A stretch of DNA of 64,000 bases from Minisyncoccota bacterium (GTDB lineage: Bacteria > Patescibacteriota > Minisyncoccia > UBA6257 > JAGOQP01): contig JBAYWE010000004.1 in assembly GCA_041674185.1 (NCBI GenBank), positions 186 through 64,185 on the forward strand. The letters run 5' to 3'. Below, in pieces: positions 18,098 to 27,101 of the stretch. Below the pieces are notes generated by a model, which ran no database searches, was not told the DNA's origin, and worked only from the letters and a program-made list of their open reading frames with translations. The first letter of the stretch is position 1, and each line of letters opens with the position of its first letter. Both the position numbers and the translations under genes were made by a program.

Positions 18098-18939
18098 AAT
18101 AGTTTTTTTAGATGAATTCTTTTACTTAGTGTGATGGTCTGTATATGAGTGATAAGTCGTATAGTCTCTATAAGCGCTTCCTGTTGTCCCTGTGAACGAA
18201 ATTGAATCATAAGCGCTTCACATAACGCTAATAAATGAGTGGGATTCTTCTGATCAAATGCGATAATTGCATCCACTAATTTTTCACGAACTATGTCAGA
18301 TTTTTTAGGGGCACAAATATCCTGTACGAAACGATCAATAATCTGATCACGCTTGGTTGGCTCTATAAATGACTTTAAACGACCTATTCTTCCAAAAGAC
18401 TTTCCTACTAAGCTTGTGTCTTTTATTATACCACTACTATTGTAAAAGTCAAGTACCTCTTGATTGGAAAGGGTTTTAAAGTATATTTTCTGCGCTCGAG
18501 ACGAAACAGCGGGTAAGAATACGTTTGTATCAGTCGCAATAAGAATAATGAGACTTTGCTGGGGGGGTTCCTCAAGTGTTTTTAATAGGGCATTCTGTGC
18601 TTGATCAGTAAGCCATTCCCCATCACGAATAATAACTGTTCTATATTGAGAAAGAACTGGTTTTTGATGGAGAAAATACGTCACGCGACGTACCACCTCA
18701 ATACCAATGCTTTCAGAATCCCCCTCGGTATCTTGTTGCGCTATATCAATAATAAGCGTCTCTTGCAGCATACGACTCGGCTCACATAACTCCTTATTTT
18801 CAAGATAGTTCGCGAGTATCTTTGCGCAGAGAAATTTACCAACTTGTGGTTCTCCAAAAAATATATACGCATGCGACAAATCTCCCTGATCAGCAAGTTT
18901 TTTGAGCGAAGCTATTGTATTATCGTAACCGTATAACAT
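18082..18939 (-). CDS. holB: DNA polymerase III delta-prime subunit
   Basis: AAA+ clamp-loader fold with degenerate Walker A (FFGEPQVGKF), a Walker B-like segment (RTVIIRDGEWL) and a sensor-like segment (ATD). Confidence 0.65.
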   Translation of the reverse strand: MLYGYDNTIASLKKLADQGDLSHAYIFFGEPQVGKFLCAKILANYLENKELCEPSRMLQETLIIDIAQQDTEGDSESIGIEVVRRVTYFLHQKPVLSQYRTVIIRDGEWLTDQAQNALLKTLEEPPQQSLIILIATDTNVFLPAVSSRAQKIYFKTLSNQEVLDFYNSSGIIKDTSLVGKSFGRIGRLKSFIEPTKRDQIIDRFVQDICAPKKSDIVREKLVDAIIAFDQKNPTHLLALCEALMIQFRSQGQQEALIETIRLITHIQTITLSKRIHLKKLLCLIN

Positions 18940-19377
18940 ACTAGGTCAGTAGAACTGCGCGTTTTGTTTCTGAAAGAAACAATTCACATTTCTCTTTGTT
19001 AGATTTATATTCTTTGTATATGTATGAGTATAAATCTCAAATTGTAAATAGCAACCCATGTATACTATGTATAAAAAATCCACGCTTTCAACGCAGAGAG
19101 GGTGTATACCCCTGCATAGAAAAGCGTGGAATTTATAAGGAGTTATGGAGATGATTCATTATGAATTACCTAGAAATCCAATAATTATATAGGTTATGGT
19201 TGGTACTATCGTTACCAGCGAGAGCAACGATGCTAGGGGGTGATTTTTTAATAAGAGAATCATCCTTGATTCCTTTTGCTGTTTCATAACAACTCCATAT
19301 TTATTACGTAAATGTGTTCTATTTTATTTATAACACAAATATATTATTTACACAATACATCCTCTGTGTATAAAAAA

Positions 19378-19405
19378 CTCCACCACCCATTGCTGGGTGG
19401 TGGAG
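19378..19405 (-). terminator. Rho-independent terminator for the 19518..19769 gene (CTCCACCACCC-ATTGC-TGGGTGGTGGAG)
   Basis: 11-bp GC-rich stem followed on the minus strand by a T run. Confidence 0.65.
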
Positions 19406-19517
19406 AAAAAGAGGTAATTTTGTCCCCTATAATAATATGGGCAAAAATCATCTCACTCAATATAGGCATTATACTCTTCTTTTTTGAAAAGTCAAGTGCC
19501 TATATTTTTAACATATA

Positions 19518-19769
19518 CTACAACTGAAACTCGTTTGGATTTTCTGGAGTTGTTGTTGGGGTGCTTGTGGGAATAGTCACTGGAATCGTTATTTCCCCTG
19601 AGGTCGTTGTAGGATTTATAGACAACCCATTATCTCCAACTTCCTGCAGAGGAGATACTTGATCTTGAGGAATAAGAAATAGTAAATCAGATAATCCAAT
19701 AATAGTGACCAAGCCAACAATTCCAACACCTAATGAAACCCATCTTCGTTTTTTCCTTGATAAATTCAT
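19518..19769 (-). CDS. Small membrane-anchored protein, hypothetical
   Basis: 83 aa, one TM helix, Thr/Pro-rich tail. Confidence 0.4.
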   Translation of the reverse strand: MNLSRKKRRWVSLGVGIVGLVTIIGLSDLLFLIPQDQVSPLQEVGDNGLSINPTTTSGEITIPVTIPTSTPTTTPENPNEFQL

Positions 19770-19803
19770 CCCTGTTTTTTTGTTTAATGGTATATACTAT
19801 ACG

Positions 19804-20577
19804 TTATTTAATTTCGTAGGTAATATTTGCATTTACGACAACCTCTTGACTTCCCGCTTCAATAGCAGGAGCAGGAGCCATTGACTCAGCAAATCCTCCC
19901 ATACCCTTTACCGAAGACATCATGGGTTGATAGGCAGTATCTTGTGCATATTCAGAAATACTAACTACCCCACCAAGAGAGATACCTAACTGATCCGCCA
20001 TAACTTGTGCTTTTGCCTTTGCTTTTTCTATTGCTTCGGCGCGAGCCTGTGCACGATACACCTCTGGGTCATCAACACCAAATGAAATTTGCCCTACCCT
20101 GTTAATTCCCATAGGAACTAAAGATCCTAATATTTCTGAAGTCTTGGTAAAATCACGAATCTTTACTCGCACGGTTTGTGTGAGAGAATATTTTACAATA
20201 GAAGGAGTAAAGCTCACAGAAGAATATGCTGGTTGCTGTGAGTAGACAGGAGATAGATTATATTCAGTTGTTTGTATATCTTTTTCCTCAATTCCTTTCT
20301 CTTTTAAAAATGCGATGGCTTTACCGGTTACTTCATTATTTTGATCCGAGATGGTTTTTACATCCTTTCCCTCAGAGATCACAGAAAATGAAAGCAGCGC
20401 AACATCTGGTTTTGCAACAGCTTTTCCTGTGGCAGAAACTGATATATTTCTTGCGGGATATTGTTCTTGTGGCTCTAATACGCCCCAAAACATTACATAT
20501 AACACTGCAATAATCGCTACTCCCACAAAACCAGTCAGTACTGAGATGAGAGATTTTTTCTCTTTAATAAGATCCAT
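19804..20577 (-). CDS. SIMPL-domain (DUF541) protein
   Basis: N-terminal TM plus characteristic SIMPL repeats (segments resembling ...VSATG...PDVA..SF.V... and ...YRAQARAEAIEKAKAKAQVMADQLGISLG). Confidence 0.6.
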   Translation of the reverse strand: MDLIKEKKSLISVLTGFVGVAIIAVLYVMFWGVLEPQEQYPARNISVSATGKAVAKPDVALLSFSVISEGKDVKTISDQNNEVTGKAIAFLKEKGIEEKDIQTTEYNLSPVYSQQPAYSSVSFTPSIVKYSLTQTVRVKIRDFTKTSEILGSLVPMGINRVGQISFGVDDPEVYRAQARAEAIEKAKAKAQVMADQLGISLGGVVSISEYAQDTAYQPMMSSVKGMGGFAESMAPAPAIEAGSQEVVVNANITYEIK

Positions 20578-21298
20578 ATATTTTTTTGATTATATTTTTT
20601 ATTTCTTTTATTTTGACACTGACGGATCCGACAATAAATCCGTCTATGGTGTCTTTATAGTATAGAAGAGAATCAATGTTTTCACAATTGACACTCCCTC
20701 CATATATCACGGTAGGAATTTCTTGTTTTTGGGCACGAATATATAACTTCATACGATATATAACATCAGCTACATATTGAGGATCTACTGTTTGTGTACC
20801 CCCAATAGCCCAGAGAGGCTCATATGCATATATATAAAAACTTCCTTTTTTAATTGACGGTAAAAAGACATCTAATTGTTTCTTTATACTATGCCATGCA
20901 TGAGAAACTGTCGTTTTCTTAATCTCCCCGACACATATAATAGGCACGATATGTTCTTCTTGTGCCCGTTGTATTTTTTCTGCACTTTGTACATCTGTTT
21001 CCTTTTGATATATTTTCCTCTCTGCGTGTCCTATGATCGCATATGAGACTCCCGCCTTTTTCATCATCTGGGCTGAAAGTTGCCCCGTATATGATCCCTG
21101 TTTAAATTCTGAGATGTCTTGAGATCCAACCACTGGATAAACATTCCGCACTCGTTCTATAAAGAGCGCAGGGGGAACAATAATAAGCTCTCCTCGTTTT
21201 TTATCTACACAAGATACCATCTCACGAGCTAAGGCATCCGCTTCTTTTCCCGTACTGGGATTCATTTTCCAATTACATACAATGTATGGTTTTTTCAT
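20564..21298 (-). CDS. tpiA: Triosephosphate isomerase
   Basis: CNWKMN at the N-terminus and AYEPLWAIGTG-like signature (YEPLWAIGGTQ). Confidence 0.85.
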   Translation of the reverse strand: MKKPYIVCNWKMNPSTGKEADALAREMVSCVDKKRGELIIVPPALFIERVRNVYPVVGSQDISEFKQGSYTGQLSAQMMKKAGVSYAIIGHAERKIYQKETDVQSAEKIQRAQEEHIVPIICVGEIKKTTVSHAWHSIKKQLDVFLPSIKKGSFYIYAYEPLWAIGGTQTVDPQYVADVIYRMKLYIRAQKQEIPTVIYGGSVNCENIDSLLYYKDTIDGFIVGSVSVKIKEIKNIIKKIYGSY

Positions 21299-21309
21299 AT
21301 TTATATTTA

Positions 21310-21954
21310 TTATACCGATACTTCTCCAGAAGGAGAAGTTTTATTTTTTCTCTTCTTTCTCTGGATTAAAACCAGCACCCCTGCGCACACCATAAGGACC
21401 AATACTACATACTGCGCTTCTCTAAAATATATTTCAATACGGTGCCAATTTTCTCCCAAGATATATCCTGCATAGGTAAGCAGTATAGACCATACCAGAG
21501 AACCCGCGGTAGTAAACCATAAAAACGAAGACATTTTCATACGCGCCACCCCCGCAGGGAGAGATATGAAGGTACGCACTACAGGAACCATGCGCCCAAA
21601 AAATACTGAGGCATTCCCATACTTTTGAAACCATCGTTCTGCGGTATGAACAGAATGATCAGAAAACAATCTATACAAAAACTTATTTTGTTTTCTAGAC
21701 AAGATGATCCAACTTGCAAGATAGTATGAGATAATAGATCCTATAATACTCCCTATCGTTCCTGCGATAATAACACCCCATAAAGAAAGTACCTGTGTTT
21801 GTGCCAAGAAACCCGCGAATGGCATTGTAACTTCCGAAGGAATAGGAATATTACAACTATCAATAGCCATTAATAATCCAATGCCCATATACCCCGTTTT
21901 TGTAATTATGAAAATAATGACACCCGCGATGTATGCAAGAATTGAGTGAATCAT
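21310..21954 (-). CDS. DedA/SNARE-associated family membrane protein
   Basis: Polytopic membrane protein with DedA-like motifs (F.G.MVPVVRTFISLPAGVARM). Confidence 0.65.
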   Translation of the reverse strand: MIHSILAYIAGVIIFIITKTGYMGIGLLMAIDSCNIPIPSEVTMPFAGFLAQTQVLSLWGVIIAGTIGSIIGSIISYYLASWIILSRKQNKFLYRLFSDHSVHTAERWFQKYGNASVFFGRMVPVVRTFISLPAGVARMKMSSFLWFTTAGSLVWSILLTYAGYILGENWHRIEIYFREAQYVVLVLMVCAGVLVLIQRKKRKNKTSPSGEVSV

Positions 21955-22048
21955 GAGAATAGTATAAATGATAATGGAGAAAGGATAAAGGACAGAGAAA
22001 ATAAAAAGAAGGCGACAGCGCGCCTTCCTTTCTTCTCATCTAATGAAC

Positions 22049-22582
22049 TTAAGAAAAAGAAAAACAACTTATTACCCGGCTTTGGTTACCTTTAACTTTT
22101 GCCATCTTAGTAATTATGAATTCATCTGTAGCAGCTTCTGTTCCAACAATGTTTTTGCTTGTAGAAGTTAATAAATTTACTGAACCAACGTCTGCATTAA
22201 TTGCGCCGTTATTCTTTTGCACTATGGTATTGCCTTCAACTTTTTCAATAGTAGTTACCTGAGTTACCAATGTACCTTGTGTTATCATACCAGCTAGATT
22301 TTCTTGGTTGATAATTTCTTCAGCGATTGCTTCTACTTTTTCTACCTGTGTTGAGCTAGTTTTCTGTGTGATTAAACTAGTCATTTCACCAACTGCAGCT
22401 GTAAGATTTAAAGAAGACTGTTTTAACCCAACGTCGATATTAGCAGGGTCGAGAGTGGGAGTAATAACGATGTTAACAGTAACAGCAACTTTTTGTTGCG
22501 AAGCTTGTACTACCGGAGGCGTCAGAGCAAGACACACAACTAATAGAACAGGCAGAGCGAGACTACAAAGGGCTTTCTTCAT
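22049..22582 (-). CDS. Secreted hypothetical protein
   Basis: Signal peptide MKKALCSLALPVLLVVCLALTPPVVQA. Low-complexity Thr/Val-rich. Confidence 0.4.
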   Translation of the reverse strand: MKKALCSLALPVLLVVCLALTPPVVQASQQKVAVTVNIVITPTLDPANIDVGLKQSSLNLTAAVGEMTSLITQKTSSTQVEKVEAIAEEIINQENLAGMITQGTLVTQVTTIEKVEGNTIVQKNNGAINADVGSVNLLTSTSKNIVGTEAATDEFIITKMAKVKGNQSRVISCFSFS

Positions 22583-22706
22583 TTGTTTCTCCTTTCATTT
22601 ATTTTGATAATCCTCTCTCTTGAGAGCGATTTATCTATCAAATATCTAGTTTCAGTATATCGCATCTCTCATTTGAAAAAAATATCAAATCTGTGGAAAA
22701 CTCATC

Positions 22707-22742
22707 GAATCCAAAACCCGCCATACGGCGGGTTTTGGATTC
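22707..22742. terminator. Terminator hairpin downstream of rny (GAATCCAAAACCCGCC-ATAC-GGCGGGTTTTGGATTC)
   Basis: Perfect 16-bp stem. Confidence 0.65.
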
Positions 22743-22780
22743 TCATAACTCATGACTATCCCCTAGTCTCTAACAACTAA

Positions 22781-24310
22781 TTACTTGGCATACTCAACCG
22801 CTCGTGTTTCTCTTACTACAATAACTTTAATCTCCCCTGGATATTTCAATTCAGATTCAATACGATTTGCTACTTCTCGCGCTAATTCTAAAGCCCCAAA
22901 ATCATCAATTTTTTCTGGTGTAACAAATATGCGTAATTCCCGCCCCGCAGAAATTGCATATGCTTGTTTTACCCCATTAAATTGTCCTGCAATATTTTCT
23001 AATTCTTGCAATCGTTTCAGATAATTTTCCAATGTATCGCGTCGTGCTCCTGGACGAGCCGCGGAAAGTGCGTCAGCAGAAGCAACCACATACGCTTCAG
23101 GAGTTGCATAGGGAAACTCATCATGATGCGCTTCCATAGCTTGAATAACTCGCTCATCAATATTGTACTTTTTCAAAATTTTTCTTCCAATATCAACATG
23201 GCTTCCGGTTACCTCGTGATCAATAGCTTTTCCAATATCATGAAGGAGAGCTCCTCGTTTTGCGACGTCCACATTTAATCCTAATTCCTCCGCAATCATC
23301 CCCGCAAACAATGCAACCTCTACCGAGTGACGCAATACATTTTGTCCATAACTGGTACGAAAATGTAATCGTCCTAGAATTTGAATAATTTCTTTTGGTA
23401 AATCAAAAATACCAATTTCATATGCCGCTGCCTCAGCCGCTTCCTGCATCTTTTTTGTTACTTCCTGTTTCGCTTCTTCTACTTTCTCCTCAATTTTTGC
23501 AGGTTGAATACGACCATCCTTTATTAACTTTTCCAAAGATGTCTTAGCAACTTCACGACGGACTGGATCAAATGAAGAAATGACAATACTATCAGGAGTC
23601 TCATCAACAATAAGCTCCACTCCCGTTAATCGCTCCAGAGCCCGAATATTTCTTCCCTCTTTTCCAATAATTTTCCCTTTAAAGTCTTCATCGGGCAAGC
23701 TTACACTCGTGGTCGTAAATTCAGCTGCAGAAGAACGGCTATATCGTTGCATAACGGTAGTAAGAATCCCAATCATTTTTTTCTCTACTTCTTCACGACG
23801 TTGTTGCATTAATTTGGCAACATATTCAACAAGGTCTTGTTGGTACTTTTGTTCCACGTCTTTCAAGAGAGCCGCCTTTGCATCCTCTACCGATAAATTC
23901 GCCACACGTTGCAATTCTTGCCCAATACGCTCTTTTGCTTGCGTGACAAATTCTTTTGCTTCAGTTAATTTTTGTAAATCTGTTTGAATTTGTTTTTCTT
24001 TATCACGCAAATCAACCGCGTGCTGTTCAATGGATTCTTCGCGTTTTAACAAACGTTCCTCAATTTTATCTGCCTGAACTTTACGTTCACGCTCTTCTTT
24101 TTTTATTTCCTCCAAAATATGTGCGGCTTTCTGTTGTGCCTCAAGCACCACTTGGTTCGCGTTTATTCTACTTTCCTCTAACTGTTTCTTTATTTTTTCT
24201 TCAACCGACTGTGCTTGTTTAGAAACGACAAGGTGCCGCACTAAATACCCAAATATTGCACCCACCACTAAAGCAATGAGCGCGCTGATAATAATAGTCA
24301 TCATATCCAA
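22781..24310 (-). CDS. rny: Ribonuclease Y
   Basis: N-terminal TM, long coiled coil, KH domain (KGKIIGKEGRNIRALERLTGVELIV), HD domain (LRHSVEVALFAGMIAEELGLN...LLHDIGK). Confidence 0.9.
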   Translation of the reverse strand: MDMMTIIISALIALVVGAIFGYLVRHLVVSKQAQSVEEKIKKQLEESRINANQVVLEAQQKAAHILEEIKKEERERKVQADKIEERLLKREESIEQHAVDLRDKEKQIQTDLQKLTEAKEFVTQAKERIGQELQRVANLSVEDAKAALLKDVEQKYQQDLVEYVAKLMQQRREEVEKKMIGILTTVMQRYSRSSAAEFTTTSVSLPDEDFKGKIIGKEGRNIRALERLTGVELIVDETPDSIVISSFDPVRREVAKTSLEKLIKDGRIQPAKIEEKVEEAKQEVTKKMQEAAEAAAYEIGIFDLPKEIIQILGRLHFRTSYGQNVLRHSVEVALFAGMIAEELGLNVDVAKRGALLHDIGKAIDHEVTGSHVDIGRKILKKYNIDERVIQAMEAHHDEFPYATPEAYVVASADALSAARPGARRDTLENYLKRLQELENIAGQFNGVKQAYAISAGRELRIFVTPEKIDDFGALELAREVANRIESELKYPGEIKVIVVRETRAVEYAK

Positions 24311-24540
24311 AAACTCCCAGATTCTTCCTCTGTTGTATCATATCACCTATGCGATATATATATTCAAAAATTTGGTTCCACGTAACACAAGAATTCATCT
24401 GGAAATGTGTTAGTTTTTAATAGCAATCGTATCTATATACTACTCCCTCCCCCTGTGTGAGTCAATCTATAATCATACTCCCTCCTTATGAGGATATATT
24501 CTCTTTGTAAAAAGAGCTCTGGGGCTCTATACTATGCTAT

Positions 24541-26088
24541 ATGAAACACACCGTCGTTCTCGTGGTTTTAGATGGATGGGGAATTGGGCAAGAGGATCAA
24601 TCAAATCCTATTCATAAGGTGAAACCAAAAACAATTGAATATATAAAACATAACTTTCCTTCTGGATCATTACAATCAGCAGGTATGTCAGTAGGACTTC
24701 CCTGGAAAGAAGAGGGAAATAGTGAGGTCGGACACCTCACATTAGGAATCGGTGGTATTATGTATCAACATTACCCTCGTATCAGCTTAGCTATTCAGGA
24801 CGGAACCTTCCAAAAAAATGAATCCATCTGCAATGCATTCAATCACGCACTCCAAAATAAATCACGTATACATTTTGTAGGACTGGTGGGACAAGCAAAT
24901 ATTCATGCTTCATTAGAACATCTCAAAGAACTCGTCGCTCTGGCGCAACAAAAACAAGTTCCCTACATACTTCATTTATTTACCGATGGACGAGACAGCG
25001 ATCCCCACGCTTCATTACAAACACTCTCACAATTCCCGCTTGATCATCTCGGAAGTATCGCGGGACGATATTATGCCATGGATCGTGATAAACATTGGGA
25101 TCTCACGCAACGCGCCTATCAAGCCATTACTGGGACAGGATCGTATATTCCCAGCACTGATATTCAAAAACATATTGAACAAGCATATGCAAAAAAATTG
25201 AATGATGAATTTGTATTACCGGTAGGTATTGGCTCTGCGGAAAACGCCGTACACGACAATGACGCTGTATTTTTCTTCAATTTCCGCGAAGATCGTATGC
25301 GACAACTCGGAGAAAGTTTTGTAAATCCATACTTTACTCAGTTTCCTACACAGAAGTTTACCAATGTGTATATGGCATCTATGACCCTTCTCCGTGAAGA
25401 CTTTACCATTCCTATCGCATTTCCTCCTGAAAAAATTCAAGGATGTTTGGGAAAAGTACTTGCTGAACAAAATAAAATACAGCTTCGCATTGCAGAAACT
25501 CAGAAATATGCCCATGTTACATTTTTCTTTAATGGATTAAATGACAAACCATTTCCGAATGAATATAGAGTTCTTATTCCTTCTCGTATGCTTCCTCGTC
25601 AGGATGATGATCCAGAAATGCAGGCACCCGCGATTACTACTCGCCTCTTACAAGCGGTTGAAGAAGAAACATTTGATTTTATTTTGGTAAATTATGCAAA
25701 CCCCGACATGATTGCACACACGGGAAACTACGATGCAACCGAAAAAGCAATTCGTGTGATTGATGAACAATTAGCAAAAGTAGTTACCGCGGTACTGAAA
25801 AAAGATAACACCACTCTCATTATTACCTCAGATCATGGAAATGCTGAACGTCTTTTTAACCCCAACACGGGAGAACCAGAAACAAAACATGACGCAAACC
25901 CCGTACCTGTTTATCTTATAGGGAAGAAATTCTACCGCCCCGTTGATGCATTACTCGTAAAGCAACGAGAACATATGACTATTGGGCTTCTGACTGATAT
26001 CGCCCCCACCGTATTAGAGCTTTTAGGAATCCAAAAACCTCCCTATATGAGTGGAGAAAGCTTACTAAAACAACTCTTGTATGGATAA
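24541..26088 (+). CDS. gpmI: 2,3-bisphosphoglycerate-independent phosphoglycerate mutase
   Basis: iPGM-like throughout, starting VVLDGWGIG. 515 aa. Confidence 0.85.
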   Translation: MKHTVVLVVLDGWGIGQEDQSNPIHKVKPKTIEYIKHNFPSGSLQSAGMSVGLPWKEEGNSEVGHLTLGIGGIMYQHYPRISLAIQDGTFQKNESICNAFNHALQNKSRIHFVGLVGQANIHASLEHLKELVALAQQKQVPYILHLFTDGRDSDPHASLQTLSQFPLDHLGSIAGRYYAMDRDKHWDLTQRAYQAITGTGSYIPSTDIQKHIEQAYAKKLNDEFVLPVGIGSAENAVHDNDAVFFFNFREDRMRQLGESFVNPYFTQFPTQKFTNVYMASMTLLREDFTIPIAFPPEKIQGCLGKVLAEQNKIQLRIAETQKYAHVTFFFNGLNDKPFPNEYRVLIPSRMLPRQDDDPEMQAPAITTRLLQAVEEETFDFILVNYANPDMIAHTGNYDATEKAIRVIDEQLAKVVTAVLKKDNTTLIITSDHGNAERLFNPNTGEPETKHDANPVPVYLIGKKFYRPVDALLVKQREHMTIGLLTDIAPTVLELLGIQKPPYMSGESLLKQLLYG

Positions 26089-26121
26089 GTTTTTCTAGTA
26101 AAAATTATACTATACACCAAA

Positions 26122-26148
26122 AATAACCGCACATTATGCGGTTATTTT
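26122..26148 (+). terminator. Rho-independent terminator after gpmI (AAATAACCGCA-CATTA-TGCGGTTATTTT)
   Basis: Stem-loop followed by a T run. Confidence 0.7.
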
Positions 26149-26549
26149 ATATGTTTGACATTTCCGTATTTTAGTGATATAATTATACCAGAACATCACT
26201 TAAAAGGGAGAACAAAAATGAGAAGTAGAAAACTTACATCTTTAGACTTATACGATATTAAAAACATAATCCTATTATCATTACTGGGAACAATCCTAGT
26301 AACTGTTGTGGGATCTATATTTGGGGATTGCATAAGATATATGCTTTCTCTTCCTCACTACTTTTGATTACTCCTCGCTGTTGCAGATATATATTATCGC
26401 AACAGCACTTCTTTTGAGCTCATAATAGATTGTGATCTCAAATTAGGTAGCACATTATAATATATAAAAACAAAACTAAATTGTGAGGGAGAATAAGCGG
26501 GAGTCGAGTGATTTCTACTATATCTTCTTTACACAAAAAAGGAGTAGTT

Positions 26550-27011
26550 ATGTTAGATTACATTCATTTATCCATTTCCATACTAATCATTTTAGCAATT
26601 GGATTTATGTTTTGGATTTTCATTTTTGTCTGTAGAAAAGTAGCTGAGAGATTCAACCGAATGGAAGAATCCCTGAAACAGATAGCTGATTCAAAACGAC
26701 TATCAACCCTTCTTACTATTGAAGGAAAAACGAACCTTGAGATTTCCGAACAGGATTTTGCACCAAAAAAAGAGGTCGTAAAAAATACCATGATTCGTAT
26801 ACTAACAGAAAAAGAAAATGTCTACGGACCAAGTGGCTCAAACACGAATCCAGACACATGGGCGTTTTGTATCATATATAACTCTGGTTATGCAGCATTT
26901 ATTAGCTCAGATACCGCGAATAAAGCAAAACTTGCATTGACTCGTCCTCTTACAAACAACGATATTCCAGCTGCAAAACGATTTATCTCAACCTTAGTAA
27001 GAAATTTATAG
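26550..27011 (+). CDS. Membrane-anchored hypothetical protein
   Basis: Start placed at the ATG preceded by AAAAAAGGAG. One TM helix. Confidence 0.45.
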   Translation: MLDYIHLSISILIILAIGFMFWIFIFVCRKVAERFNRMEESLKQIADSKRLSTLLTIEGKTNLEISEQDFAPKKEVVKNTMIRILTEKENVYGPSGSNTNPDTWAFCIIYNSGYAAFISSDTANKAKLALTRPLTNNDIPAAKRFISTLVRNL

Positions 27012-27034
27012 TTTTGTTTTACCCGCACTTTTGC

Positions 27035-27068
27035 AAAATCCCGCCACCAAGCGGGATTTTTTTATTTT
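27035..27068. terminator. Bidirectional terminator (AAAATCCCGC-CACCAA-GCGGGATTTTTTTATTTT)
   Basis: Between convergent 26550..27011 (+) and ppsA (-). Confidence 0.7.
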
Positions 27069-27101
27069 CTAATCACTATCCACTAAATCCTATTCTCTCA
27101 T

